This document shows positions 1 through 9,566 of a DNA stretch of 64,000 nt, in pieces; within the stretch, counting starts at the first letter, position 1, and every line of letters begins with the position of its first letter. The translations under genes were made by a program, and so were the position numbers. The DNA is taken from contig NZ_DASXHN010000349.1 of assembly GCF_036488505.1 (NCBI RefSeq), forward strand, positions 5,128 through 69,127, read 5' to 3'. Source of the DNA: Paraburkholderia sp. Lineage in GTDB: Bacteria > Pseudomonadota > Gammaproteobacteria > Burkholderiales > Burkholderiaceae. The notes under the pieces were generated by a model that was given only the letters and a program-made list of their open reading frames with translations, made no database searches and was not told where the DNA came from.

Positions 1-412
1 GTTCGGGTCCGAGCTTGGTCCATTGGCTACCGTCCGGATCGACGCTCGCGAGCCGCGTGCCGGCGAAGCGTCCACCATGCTGATAGAAGTACCAGTACGG
101 AATGCCATTCACGCCGGTGACGATCGCCGTATGCTCGCCGAGCAGCGGCTGCATCGAATCGACCACGGCCGGCAGCGAATGTGCCTTCAGGGTGATGATT
201 ACCAGGTCCTGCACGCCGAGCTCACGCGGATCGGACGTGCAGCGAACCGGTGCGCTGAAGGTTTCGCCATCCATGATCAGACGCACGCCATGCTCTTTCA
301 TTGCGGCCAGGTGCGGGCCGCGCGCGATAAAACTCACGTCCGCGCCGGCGCGCGCCAATTGCACGCCCATCAAACCGCCTATCGCTCCCGCTCCGAAGAC
401 ACAGATCTTCAT
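1..412 (-). CDS. panE: 2-dehydropantoate 2-reductase (ketopantoate reductase) family; runs off the window edge (partial)
   Basis: Not in the ORF track. Manual minus-strand translation from ATG at 412 gives MKICVFGAGAIGGLMGVQLARAGADVSFIARGPHL...VIITLKAHSL...VTGVNGIPYWY, with a Rossmann GxGxxG and KPR-type motifs; GGGAG upstream. Confidence 0.85.
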   Translation of the reverse strand, partial: MKICVFGAGAIGGLMGVQLARAGADVSFIARGPHLAAMKEHGVRLIMDGETFSAPVRCTSDPRELGVQDLVIITLKAHSLPAVVDSMQPLLGEHTAIVTGVNGIPYWYFYQHGGRFAGTRLASVDPDGSQWTKLGPE

Positions 413-634
413 GATGTCGCTCCCATGACGATGAAAAAGCCGTTTGCGTGACACCGCATTTTTCGAGCCGCGGCGGCAGTTACTTCTGGAGCATAAGTTC
501 GGCGAACGAATAGCGATAGTTAAAGTTTTTCCCTGCGTGCATTAGCGATCGTTTATGGAAGCGCGACGCAGGTTTATTCATCAACGACGCGACGGCAGCA
601 TTCCGCTGACTGGACTGGATGCCGTTGCGCACTT

Positions 635-1255
635 TCAACCCCGCCTCACCAGCAGAAAGCTCACGCCGATCGCCGCTAGCAATCCGCCGCAGCAGCGATT
701 GAACCAGCGCCGCACGTTCGCGCGCACGAGCCATTTGCCGAGGTACATACCGGCCCATGAATACAGTGCAATCGCGATCCATTCGAGGACCAGGAAGCTC
801 GCGCCAAGCGCGGCGAATTGCGGGAATATCGGCTGCGTGACATCGATGAATTGCGGCAGGAACGCGGTGAAAACCAGGATGGCCTTCGGATTGCCCGCTG
901 CCACGAAGAACTCCCGGCGGGCAATCGGGGTCAGCCCGGCGGGCTGCGGTTGCGACGTATCGACGGCGGCGGCGTCGCTGCGCCACAACTGGATCGCGAG
1001 CCAGATCAGGTAGGCCGCGCCGGTCACCTTGATTGCGAGAAAGATCCATTCCGACGCATGCAGTACGACGGCCAGACCCGTCGCGGCGAGCGCGAGCATC
1101 ATCGCGAACGCGAGCAGCCGCCCGCTGCCTCCGACGAACGCTTTGATGAAACCGTGACGCGCGGCCACATTGATGGAAAGCAGATTATTGGGCCCAGGCG
1201 CGAGATTGATCGCAAAGCAGGCGGGCAAAAAGAACAGCCAGGCGGTAACGGACAT
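635..1255 (-). CDS. LysE/RhtB family amino-acid exporter
   Basis: 206 aa hydrophobic protein with APGPNN, GAAYLIWLA and GNPKAIL..FLPQF motifs. Confidence 0.9.
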   Translation of the reverse strand: MSVTAWLFFLPACFAINLAPGPNNLLSINVAARHGFIKAFVGGSGRLLAFAMMLALAATGLAVVLHASEWIFLAIKVTGAAYLIWLAIQLWRSDAAAVDTSQPQPAGLTPIARREFFVAAGNPKAILVFTAFLPQFIDVTQPIFPQFAALGASFLVLEWIAIALYSWAGMYLGKWLVRANVRRWFNRCCGGLLAAIGVSFLLVRRG

Positions 1256-1368
1256 GACGGGCCCACACGGAACGGACGATGGCGATGGATTGCGCGCCCT
1301 GTCGCGCGACGCGTGTGGGCTGATTGTAGCGAAACGGCGCGAGACTTCCGGTGGCCACGCGATTCAGA

Positions 1369-1944
1369 TCAGTTCACCACCTCGATGAAGCCGGGGTCGC
1401 CGAGCAGCGTCTGGACACTCAGCTTGACCGTGTCTTCGATCGCGATCGTATTGCTCGTGAATTTGGGCGACTTCTGCTTGACGGTGCGGGTAGTGGAAAA
1501 CAGCACTTTCTGCGTCCCGGCATCGATCACGACGTAGCGCATCTTCAGCGTCCAGAGCGCGGGCGAGCGAATGTCGTCGACCGTGAACGTTTCAATGGAA
1601 CCGCTCAAAACGCGGCGGTTGTTATCGATACGCAAACCGGCTACCCGCAGGCTGTTGGCGACACTGTTGCGCACGACCTGACTGATATCGTCCTTCAGCA
1701 CCAGTCCGGTCATCGCGGTGTTTTCGATGCGGTTCGGTGAAATACGGCCATCACGGGCCGGCAAATACAGGAAGTCGCGAGCCGGGGCGACGCTGAGCGA
1801 GCCGGTCGCATGCGTCCTCGTGTGCTGCGCGCTGCTGTTGAGGCCGAACCATGACCATGAGCAGGCGGACAGCATCAGCGGCAGGAGCACGGTGCCGCAG
1901 CGCTTGAGGATCGCGGATCTCGGCGGCGAAGCTGCGGCGGCCAT
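1369..1944 (-). CDS. Putative lipoprotein (hypothetical)
   Basis: Hydrophobic stretch ending in the lipobox LSAC; start uncertain (ORF open to 2016). Confidence 0.65.
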   Translation of the reverse strand: MAAAASPPRSAILKRCGTVLLPLMLSACSWSWFGLNSSAQHTRTHATGSLSVAPARDFLYLPARDGRISPNRIENTAMTGLVLKDDISQVVRNSVANSLRVAGLRIDNNRRVLSGSIETFTVDDIRSPALWTLKMRYVVIDAGTQKVLFSTTRTVKQKSPKFTSNTIAIEDTVKLSVQTLLGDPGFIEVVN

Positions 1945-2133
1945 GCTGGAGAAAGCTGCGGTCGAAGTCAGGGGAGTTCGCCTTTCAAATGAAGTCGTAC
2001 CGGTCGGGAACTGCATGGCCGTAGTGAGTCACACCGTCGACTTTCAGACCGGACCTTTCGATTCGCTGATCCGGCCGGCAAGTTCGGCCATCATACCTGG
2101 CTGCGTTTGCGATGGATACCGGCGGGGAGTCGA

Positions 2134-2769
2134 TCAGAAGAAACCGGCTTTGCCCTGCGTCATGTCGATTAGCGCACGTTTTGCGTCGTCAACCGCGTTG
2201 GCGGGCACGCGCATCGTCATCTTCACCAGCATGCCGTACACGCTTTCGATGAGCGCATAAGCTTCGGCATCGATCCATCTACGTACCTTGGCTTCGTCCG
2301 CATAGCTGACTTCCACGCCCAGCGAAACCTGAGCGATTCTCTCGACCCGCGGCGCATCGAGCAGCGCCGTCGCGATCGCGTCGGTGTACGCGCGCACGAG
2401 ACCGCCCGCGCCGAGTTTTACACCGCCGTAATAACGCACGACCGCGGCCAGTACGCCGTCGAGATCGTGATGGCGCAGCACTTCGAGAATCGGCCGGCCT
2501 GCGGTGCCAGAGGGCTCGCCGTCGTCGGACATGCCCGACTGACCGCCGGCTAGCAGCGCCCAGCACACATGCGTCGCGGACGGATGTTGTTCGCGCAGAC
2601 GCTGCAATTCGGCCATCGCCGCGTCGCGATCCGCAACCGGTATCGCGTGCGCAACGAAACGGCTCTTGCGAATCTCGAGTTCCGCGCTCAGCGGCGCGGG
2701 CAAGGTGTAGGTCGGCAAGCCAGGAACGTCAGTCGATAAAAGGCGCGCAAGCGGCGCGGTGCCCGCCAT
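2134..2769 (-). CDS. yigZ: IMPACT/YigZ family protein
   Basis: EIRKSRF, ATHVCWA, SDDGEPSGTAGRP and VVRYYGGVKLGAGGLVRAY motifs. Start is ATG 2769 or TTG 2718. Confidence 0.9.
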   Translation of the reverse strand: MAGTAPLARLLSTDVPGLPTYTLPAPLSAELEIRKSRFVAHAIPVADRDAAMAELQRLREQHPSATHVCWALLAGGQSGMSDDGEPSGTAGRPILEVLRHHDLDGVLAAVVRYYGGVKLGAGGLVRAYTDAIATALLDAPRVERIAQVSLGVEVSYADEAKVRRWIDAEAYALIESVYGMLVKMTMRVPANAVDDAKRALIDMTQGKAGFF

Positions 2770-2881
2770 GGTAACGGATCGCCGCTGCGCCGGGCCCGTG
2801 GCGACGTTCGCGCGTTCGTCTACAATGGGCCGCTGAACGCGGGTCCATTGACCCGATCCAGCGCGTTCCCAAGGAGATGAC

Positions 2882-3508
2882 ATGCTTGACTTCTCGACGT
2901 TAGGGACTTTCGTTGCCGTCGTACTCGGCCTGTTTTTGATACCGGGGCCGGCCGTGCTGCTGGTGCTCACGCGCACCATGCACGGCGGACGTCGCGCCGG
3001 CATTCTGACCGGCCTCGGTATCGCAACCGGCGATTTCGTGCACACGCTGGGCGCGGCGATCGGGCTTTCGGCGCTGCTGATGACTTCCGCGCTGGCCTTC
3101 AATGCGGTCAAATTCATCGGCGCCGCCTATCTCGTCTATCTGGGCATTCGCGCATTGCGCGAGAAGCGGGCAAATCCGCATTTGCCCGCCGTCGCGCCGG
3201 TGTCCGGCTCAAAGGCGTTTTTTCAGGCGATTCCCGCGGAAGTACTGAATCCGAAGACCGCGCTGTTTTTCCTCGCGTTCCTGCCGCAATTCGTGCGGCC
3301 CGAGCATGGCTCGACGTTTTTTCAGTTCGCGACGCTAGGGCTGATTTTCGTCGGCATGAGCGCGCTCTATACGACGCTGATCGTACTGACCATGCGTCCG
3401 CTGGGCAGACTCGTGAAGCGGCTGACGTGGCTCACGCGCTGGCAGAACAAGATTATCGGCGTGCTGTTCATTTCCCTCGGCCTGCGGGTGGCGGTGCAAA
3501 CACGCTGA
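2882..3508 (+). CDS. LysE/RhtB family exporter
   Basis: IPGPA, GAAYLVYLG and LNPKTALFFLAFLPQF motifs; AAGGAG RBS; TACAAT at 2821. Confidence 0.92.
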   Translation: MLDFSTLGTFVAVVLGLFLIPGPAVLLVLTRTMHGGRRAGILTGLGIATGDFVHTLGAAIGLSALLMTSALAFNAVKFIGAAYLVYLGIRALREKRANPHLPAVAPVSGSKAFFQAIPAEVLNPKTALFFLAFLPQFVRPEHGSTFFQFATLGLIFVGMSALYTTLIVLTMRPLGRLVKRLTWLTRWQNKIIGVLFISLGLRVAVQTR

Positions 3509-3552
3509 GTCAAACCTGCTGACTCAAACCCGCTGACTCAAACCCGCTGCGT
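3497..3552. repeat. Tandem repeat, 4 x 14 bp (CAAACmyGCTGmsT), spanning the lysE stop codon
   Basis: caaacacgctgagt / caaacctgctgact / caaacccgctgact / caaacccgctgcgt read directly. Confidence 0.85.
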
Positions 3553-3842
3553 CGCTTGCATCTGCGCTGCTTGCAGGCTGGAGCGAAGCCGCCCCGCGTC
3601 GGTGGCGCGTTTGTGAGAAGGGTTGGATTGCTAGGTCAACGCGAGCAGAATCCCGACGCGAAAACAACGATTAGCAGGAAGCTCGCGGCGACCAGGTCAT
3701 ACGGACAATTCATGATCGGGTGAGAACGTACGAAGCGAAAGAAGCATCATAGGCAGAAGCGCTTCGTGCGACTGTTAAGGTTTGCAAGGTGCGATGCGGT
3801 GACACGTGCGAAAGCGCATCGCTGGCGATTCGGGAGACAGCA

Positions 3843-4505
3843 GTGAATGACGCGACGACTTCTTCAGTCTCTTCCGCGGTGCCGTTCACGAATACGGCGA
3901 CGCGCGCAATCGAGTTCTGGTTCGACTTCGGCAGCAACTACAGCTATCTGAGCGTGATGCGCATCGAAGCGTTGGCGGCGGCGCGGCACGTGCAAATCCT
4001 CTGGCGTCCTTTTCTGCTCGGCCCGGTGTTTCGCCAGCTGGGTTTCGATAACTCGCCATTCGTATTGCAGAAAGAGAAGGGCGCGTATGTGTGGAAGGAT
4101 ATGGAGCGGCAATGCCGCAAATACGATATCGCACTCACCCGTCCCAGCGTGTTTCCCCGCGCGGCGCTTCTCGCGATGCGGGTCGCGGTGCTCGGTGCGA
4201 ACGAGGCATGGATCGCCGGCTATTGCCGCAAGATCGTGCAACTGAATTTCGCCGATGACCGCGACATCGGTTCAGTCGAAGTCGTGAGTGAAGCGCTCGA
4301 CGTACTCGGGTTGCCGGCGCAACGTCTGATTGCCGATGCGCAAAGCGACGCCAATAAGTTGCGCCTGCGCGAACAGACCGAATCCGCGATGAACAAACAC
4401 ATATTCGGTGCGCCGACATTTTTTGTCGGTGGCGAAATGTTTTGGGGGAACGACAGGCTGGAAGATGCGCTGGACTACTGCGATTCGATGACGCCACGCG
4501 GCTAG
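3843..4505 (+). CDS. 2-hydroxychromene-2-carboxylate isomerase / kappa-GST (DsbA-like) family
   Basis: IEFWFDFGSNYSYL, WRPFLLG and IFGAPTFFVGGEMFWGNDRL motifs; GTG start after GGAG. Confidence 0.88.
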   Translation: MNDATTSSVSSAVPFTNTATRAIEFWFDFGSNYSYLSVMRIEALAAARHVQILWRPFLLGPVFRQLGFDNSPFVLQKEKGAYVWKDMERQCRKYDIALTRPSVFPRAALLAMRVAVLGANEAWIAGYCRKIVQLNFADDRDIGSVEVVSEALDVLGLPAQRLIADAQSDANKLRLREQTESAMNKHIFGAPTFFVGGEMFWGNDRLEDALDYCDSMTPRG

Positions 4506-4543
4506 CGCGGTCTTGGCGGGATGGGGCGCCGTCAATGCCACTA

Positions 4544-4798
4544 TCAGTCGGCTTGCTGGCAAAAGCGGCGGCCCGGCACGTGGGACACCACGGCTTGAGC
4601 GATTTCGAGGGGAGTACTTTCGGCGGGAACGACGCGACGGCTCGATTCGGCTGCGTGCTTCATCGTCCATTCGACGAGCCGGTAGGAGCGGCCCCAGGGC
4701 GGTTGCAACGGATCGGAAACCTTGCAGGAATGAATCTGGCGAGTCCATTCATGGCCGGGCATCGCACGCAGGTGTTCGACTACCATCTGTTCAACCAT
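4544..4798 (-). CDS. Small protein, DUF2866-like
   Basis: Strong AAGGAGG RBS before ATG 4798. CKVSDPLQPPWGRSYRLVEW...SRRVVPAE resembles the Burkholderia DUF2866 pattern (from recall). Confidence 0.65.
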   Translation of the reverse strand: MVEQMVVEHLRAMPGHEWTRQIHSCKVSDPLQPPWGRSYRLVEWTMKHAAESSRRVVPAESTPLEIAQAVVSHVPGRRFCQQAD

Positions 4799-4992
4799 GA
4801 CTTGCCTCCTTCTTCTTCTCTGGCAGTGGCCAATTGCGGCGACATCCCCACAAGAAAAAATGCCGCCGATGTTCTGGCGGCTCAACAGGGGATGAGCGAC
4901 ATACTTGCAGCGAACAATTAAGCGAAACTTAAGAAGCACGGCCATTGCGCAAACGATTTTCAATGCCGGTAAGCGAGTGGAAGCAAACGCAT

Positions 4993-5160
4993 ATGGACGG
5001 AAAAAAGCCCATGCACGACTACGCACCGGCCGACGCGATGTCGTTGGCGCAGATGATGATCAAGGAGGCCGATCGAGCGATGTAGCAGGCCAAGCGCAAC
5101 GGACGCAATCGTATCGAGGCAGTAGTCGTGGAGGCCGATGCGCAGCAGCTCGCGCGTTGA
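4993..5160 (+). pseudogene. C-terminal remnant of a GGDEF (diguanylate cyclase) gene with an internal TAG
   Basis: Reads ...MSLAQMMIKEADRAM*QAKRNGRNRIEAV; the TAG at 5083-5085 falls at the Tyr of the GGDEF C-terminal AD.A(L/M)Y.AK..GRN motif. Confidence 0.75.
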
Positions 5161-5251
5161 ACGGCTAGAACGCGGTCGCCAACGCGATGCCAACCGACGG
5201 ATCAAAACAAGACGACGCGAATCGCGCCGGCGCGCTGGCGCCGCGTGCGCG

Positions 5252-6991
5252 TCAAACCCCCGCCGCATCCGGCGGCACGCCGAGCAGTTGCAGCGAGCCG
5301 CCCATCACGCCGCTGAACACCGGCCCGGCGACCGTGCCGCCGTAGAACGCTTTGCCGGCGGGATCGTCGATCATCACCGCGACGATCAGGCGCGGGTCGC
5401 TCATTGGCGCCATGCCGACAAAGAGCGCGCGATAACGGTTCTTCGCATACGTCGCGCCGATCTGCTTGCGCGCGGTGCCGGTCTTGCCGCCGACGCGGTA
5501 GCCTTGCACCGCCGCCGCGCGTCCGGTGCCGCCCGCGCCGATCGCCATTTCCAGCATGTTGCGGATCGCGCGCGCGGTCGCGGGCGTGGTGACCGGCCGG
5601 CTGCGATCCGTGGCCGTCGCGCCTGTGTGTGCATCGAGCGGAGCGCGCAACAGGCTTACGCGCTGCATCGCACCGTCGCCCGCATAGGCGGTGTAGACCT
5701 GCGCGATCTGCAGCAGCGAGACCGACAAGCCGTAGCCATACGCCATCGTCGCCTGCTCGATCGGGCGCCAGCGTTGGTACGGCCGCAGCTTGCCAGCGGC
5801 CGCGCCCGGAAACGTCAGCTCGGGCTTCGTGCCAAGCCCGTACTGCTGATACTTGGTCCAGATGGTCTCGGCCGGCAGTCTTAGTGCGAGCTTTGCGAGC
5901 GCGATATTGCTCGACTTCTGCACCGCTTCGGCGATCGTCATCGCGCCGTGATTCGACGTATCGTGAATCACGGCCCGGCCGATCCGATACCAGCCAGGCG
6001 CCGTGTCGATGATGCTTTGCGGCCGCACCTTGCCCTCGTCGAGCGACAGCGCGACGACGAGCGGCTTGATCGTCGAACCGGGCTCGAACGTATCGATCAC
6101 CGCGCGGTTGCGCAACTGCCGGCCACTCAGACCCGCGCGGTCGTTCGGATCGAAGCTCGGGTAGTTGGCGAGCGCGAGGATCTCGCCGTTGCGCGCATCG
6201 AGCACGACCACGCTGCCCGCTTCGGCGCGATGCCTCGCGATCGCCGCTTTCAGTTGCGCGTAGGCGAGCTGCTGGATGCGCCGGTCGATCGTCAGATGGA
6301 TCGTGTCGCCGTTGCGCGCGGGCACGCGCGGCCGCGTCTCGGAGACGACCCGGCCGAGCCGGTCGCGAATCACTTCGCGCTGGCCTGGCACGCCTCGCAA
6401 GCGCTCGTTGGCCGCGAGTTCGACGCCTTCCTGGCCGTTGTCCTCGATGTCGGTAAAGCCGACGACGTGCGCGGCCGATTCGCCCTCAGGATAAAAGCGT
6501 TTCGAATCGGCGATCTGCGTGATGCCGGCGAGGCCGAGGCGTGACAGATGCGCGGCGGTGTCGGCGTCGACCTGACGCTTGAGCAGGACGAAGCTGCGCT
6601 CGCCGTTCAGGCGTCGGCGCAGCTCGGCGAGCGGCAAATCGAGCAACTTTGCGAGCGGCGTGAACGCGGCTTCGTCGATCAGCTTCGGCGACGCCCAGAT
6701 CTCGTAAGTCGCGAGGCTGACCGCGAGCATCGAGCCATGGCGATCGACGATGCGCCCGCGCGTCGCGTCGAGTTCGAGCGTGCGCTGATAGCGCTTTTGC
6801 CCCTGGTCGACATAGAAGTCCTGGTTGAGGACCTGCACCCAGAACGCGCGGGCCGCGAGCGCCCCGAACGCACCGAACATCAGCAGCACGACGAGCTTCG
6901 AGCGCCACGCGGGCAGGCGTGCGGCGAGCAGCGGATGCTTCGCGGCCGGGGAGTAGCGCTCGTGCGACTGCGGTTTCTTCTGTCGGATCAT
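5252..6991 (-). CDS. ftsI: Class B penicillin-binding protein, FtsI/PBP3 paralog outside the dcw cluster
   Basis: N-terminal TM, RGRIVDR, EPGSTIK (SxxK), SSN and KTG motifs; 579 aa. Confidence 0.92.
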   Translation of the reverse strand: MIRQKKPQSHERYSPAAKHPLLAARLPAWRSKLVVLLMFGAFGALAARAFWVQVLNQDFYVDQGQKRYQRTLELDATRGRIVDRHGSMLAVSLATYEIWASPKLIDEAAFTPLAKLLDLPLAELRRRLNGERSFVLLKRQVDADTAAHLSRLGLAGITQIADSKRFYPEGESAAHVVGFTDIEDNGQEGVELAANERLRGVPGQREVIRDRLGRVVSETRPRVPARNGDTIHLTIDRRIQQLAYAQLKAAIARHRAEAGSVVVLDARNGEILALANYPSFDPNDRAGLSGRQLRNRAVIDTFEPGSTIKPLVVALSLDEGKVRPQSIIDTAPGWYRIGRAVIHDTSNHGAMTIAEAVQKSSNIALAKLALRLPAETIWTKYQQYGLGTKPELTFPGAAAGKLRPYQRWRPIEQATMAYGYGLSVSLLQIAQVYTAYAGDGAMQRVSLLRAPLDAHTGATATDRSRPVTTPATARAIRNMLEMAIGAGGTGRAAAVQGYRVGGKTGTARKQIGATYAKNRYRALFVGMAPMSDPRLIVAVMIDDPAGKAFYGGTVAGPVFSGVMGGSLQLLGVPPDAAGV

Positions 6992-7248
6992 GGGCGCGGA
7001 TAACGGACGTCTCGATGGAGCGGGGCCGCCCTGATAGTCGGAGGCGGAGGGGGAGAGGGCCGTTGTGGGCTGCGCGAGTGCCGGGCGTTCGATGCGGGCA
7101 GGTAGCCGTCAACAGGACCGTCGTCGGCAGATTGTAAATAAAACGTAATACAAGCGCGAGCATCGTCAAAAAGGACGATTTGAGCCAAGGCGACGCGAGA
7201 CCGTGAGGAAGAGCATGCCGGCGTGAATGGCATGCACGAGCCGACAGC

Positions 7249-7282
7249 AAAAAGCCGCGCGGACTTGCAAAATCCGCGCGGC
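7249..7282 (-). terminator. Intrinsic terminator downstream of the MCP gene
   Basis: GCCGCGCGGA-N9-TCCGCGCGGC preceded by A5, which is the U-tract on the minus strand. Confidence 0.65.
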
Positions 7283-7325
7283 CGGCTCGTTCGATTGATG
7301 CGTCGACACGACGTGGCATGTTGAC

Positions 7326-7361
7326 AAGGCGCTTCCCTGCCTGTGGAGCGCCTTCTTTTTT
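7326..7361 (+). terminator. Plus-strand terminator-like hairpin with no upstream plus-strand gene
   Basis: AAGGCGCT(T)CC...GGAGCGCCTT followed by CTTTTTT. Confidence 0.5.
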
Positions 7362-7407
7362 GTGGGCCGGTCGCCTTAGCTGACGCGCGCCCGCAGCTAA
7401 TCCTCTG

Positions 7408-8949
7408 TCAAGCCGGCAACGCGAAGCTCGCGATTGCCTCGCGCAGCACGCCGACCTGATCCTTCAGCGAATGCGCGGCAGCCGCGGCCTGTTCGACGAG
7501 CGCCGCGTTCTGCTGCGTGACCTGGTCCATTTCGCCGACCGCGCGATTGACCTGCTCGATGCCCGCGCTCTGTTCGCGCGACGCATGGCTGATTTCCTCG
7601 AGGATTTCGTTCACGCGCCGTACCGACTGCACGATCTCGCCCATCGTCGCGCCGGCGTTCGCGACGAGCGATGCGCCGGTTTCGACGGTGTGGGTCGAGG
7701 TTTCGATCAGCGCCTTGATTTCCTTGGCGGCCGTCGCCGAGCGCTGCGCGAGGCTGCGCACTTCGGATGCGACCACCGCGAAGCCGCGCCCCTGTTCGCC
7801 CGCGCGGGCCGCTTCGACCGCCGCGTTGAGCGCGAGGATGTTGGTCTGAAACGCGATGCCGTCGATCACGCCGATGATGTCGCCGATCTGCCGCGAGCTC
7901 GCGGTGATCTCGCCCATCGTGCGCACCACGTCTTCGACGACGAGGCTGCCGCGCGTGGCGACACCGGCGGCTTCGCTCGCGAGGTTCGCCGCCTGCGCTG
8001 CGCTGTCCGCGTTCTGCTTCACGTTGACCGTCATCTGGTCCATGCTCGACGCGGTTTCGACGAGCGCCGCCGCTTGCTCCTCGGTGCGCTGCGATAGATC
8101 CGTGTTGCCGGCGGCGATTTCGTTCGCGCCGACGTTGATGTTCTCGGTGCCCTGACGCACGCGCGATACGGTGTCGACGAGGCCCGTTTGCATCGTGTGC
8201 AGCGCATGCAGCAGGCTGCTGGTATCGTGCGGCGCGATCGGCACGCGCGTGGCGAGATTGCCCTGCGCCATCAGTTGTGCGTGTTCAACCGCGACTTCCA
8301 GTTCGCCGCCGAGCGAACGGCGGATGCTGCGCAGCACCAGCAGCATCACGGCCGTGGCGAGCGCGCCGAGCGTTACGGTGATCGCGCACCAGCGCAGCAG
8401 ATTGCGATAGAACGCGCTTTCGACGTCGTCCATATACATGCCGGTTACGAGATACCAGTCCCACGGCGCGAAGTGCGCCGCATAGCTGGTCTTCGCGACA
8501 GGCTTTTCGCTGCCCGGCTTGGCCCACAGATAATCGACGAAGCCACCGCCGTTGAGATTGCCCGCGTTGACGATATCGACGAACAGATGGTTGCCCGCCG
8601 GATCGGTGAACTGCGCGAGCTTCTGGCCGACGAGATCCTGCTTGATCGGATGCATCAGCATGACCGGCTGCGAATCGTTGACGGAGATGTAGCCGTCCGT
8701 GCCATAGCGCATCGCCGCGAGTGTCGCGAGCGCCTGCTTTTTGGCGTCGTCTTCGGACAGCGTGTGCTGCTGCGCGAGCGCGTAATAGCGCGCGACGACG
8801 TGATTGCCCTGGTCGATCAGCGAGCGCAACTGGTCGCGCCGGTCGGAGATCATCGACGCACGGTTCTGCCACGCGCCAAAGCCGCCGATCAGGATCAGGC
8901 CGGTCCACAGGACGGCAATCATCGAAGCCAGTTTTCGGTTCAGAGTCAT
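7408..8949 (-). CDS. Methyl-accepting chemotaxis protein with a periplasmic Cache domain
   Basis: Two TMs, Cache-type YLWAKPG..P..KTSY, and signalling domain [34 protein letters not shown]; start MTLNRK at 8949. Confidence 0.95.
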   Translation of the reverse strand: MTLNRKLASMIAVLWTGLILIGGFGAWQNRASMISDRRDQLRSLIDQGNHVVARYYALAQQHTLSEDDAKKQALATLAAMRYGTDGYISVNDSQPVMLMHPIKQDLVGQKLAQFTDPAGNHLFVDIVNAGNLNGGGFVDYLWAKPGSEKPVAKTSYAAHFAPWDWYLVTGMYMDDVESAFYRNLLRWCAITVTLGALATAVMLLVLRSIRRSLGGELEVAVEHAQLMAQGNLATRVPIAPHDTSSLLHALHTMQTGLVDTVSRVRQGTENINVGANEIAAGNTDLSQRTEEQAAALVETASSMDQMTVNVKQNADSAAQAANLASEAAGVATRGSLVVEDVVRTMGEITASSRQIGDIIGVIDGIAFQTNILALNAAVEAARAGEQGRGFAVVASEVRSLAQRSATAAKEIKALIETSTHTVETGASLVANAGATMGEIVQSVRRVNEILEEISHASREQSAGIEQVNRAVGEMDQVTQQNAALVEQAAAAAHSLKDQVGVLREAIASFALPA

Positions 8950-9566
8950 AGCAAGAAAATGGGCTTTCGCCACTTGAGTCCATTGGATGCGGTCTGTTTG
9001 CCGCTTTCTATGTTTACGGCGCGGCAAGGTATTAATGCAGGGCAGGGGAAACCCGCTGTCGGGCGCAGACATTTGTATGATTATTGGCCCGGGTTTTTTG
9101 ATTGAGCAGTTGTTGCTCATTTACTTGATTCACAAGCGAAAAATCGCGCTGAGGGAACAATCGAGTTTGCTGGGTAAAAACCTGTTTCTGTATCTCGATT
9201 CGCTGGTGTTATGAAAGAACAGGCCCGAATCGACGAAACGTTTTTAGCGGCGGGATAATGATTTGATTTAATCCAACGCTTGAAAGTCGGCAGTCGAAGG
9301 ATCGAAAGAGAATAAACGATCTGGCCGCCTGGCGGCCCTCGGGCGCCAGCAGTGGAGTCACAACTCCACAAAACGCCAAGGAAACGCCAAACGCTTTATC
9401 GGCATGCGGACGCAAAAAACGACACATTTCTCCACTTAATCGCAACGACGAAAAGCCGTGGGTATTTCAGAAAACCAGTCGATAGAAATTCCGCTATAGT
9501 CGCCCTTTTCCAGTCCCAGCCGGGCATAAAAAAGCGTCAATGAGCCCGCCACCAGGAGTACAGAAA

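Noticed and set aside
3497-3552. Tandem repeat read as a CRISPR array
   Set aside because: The 14-bp units are directly adjacent with no spacers, and there are no cas genes.
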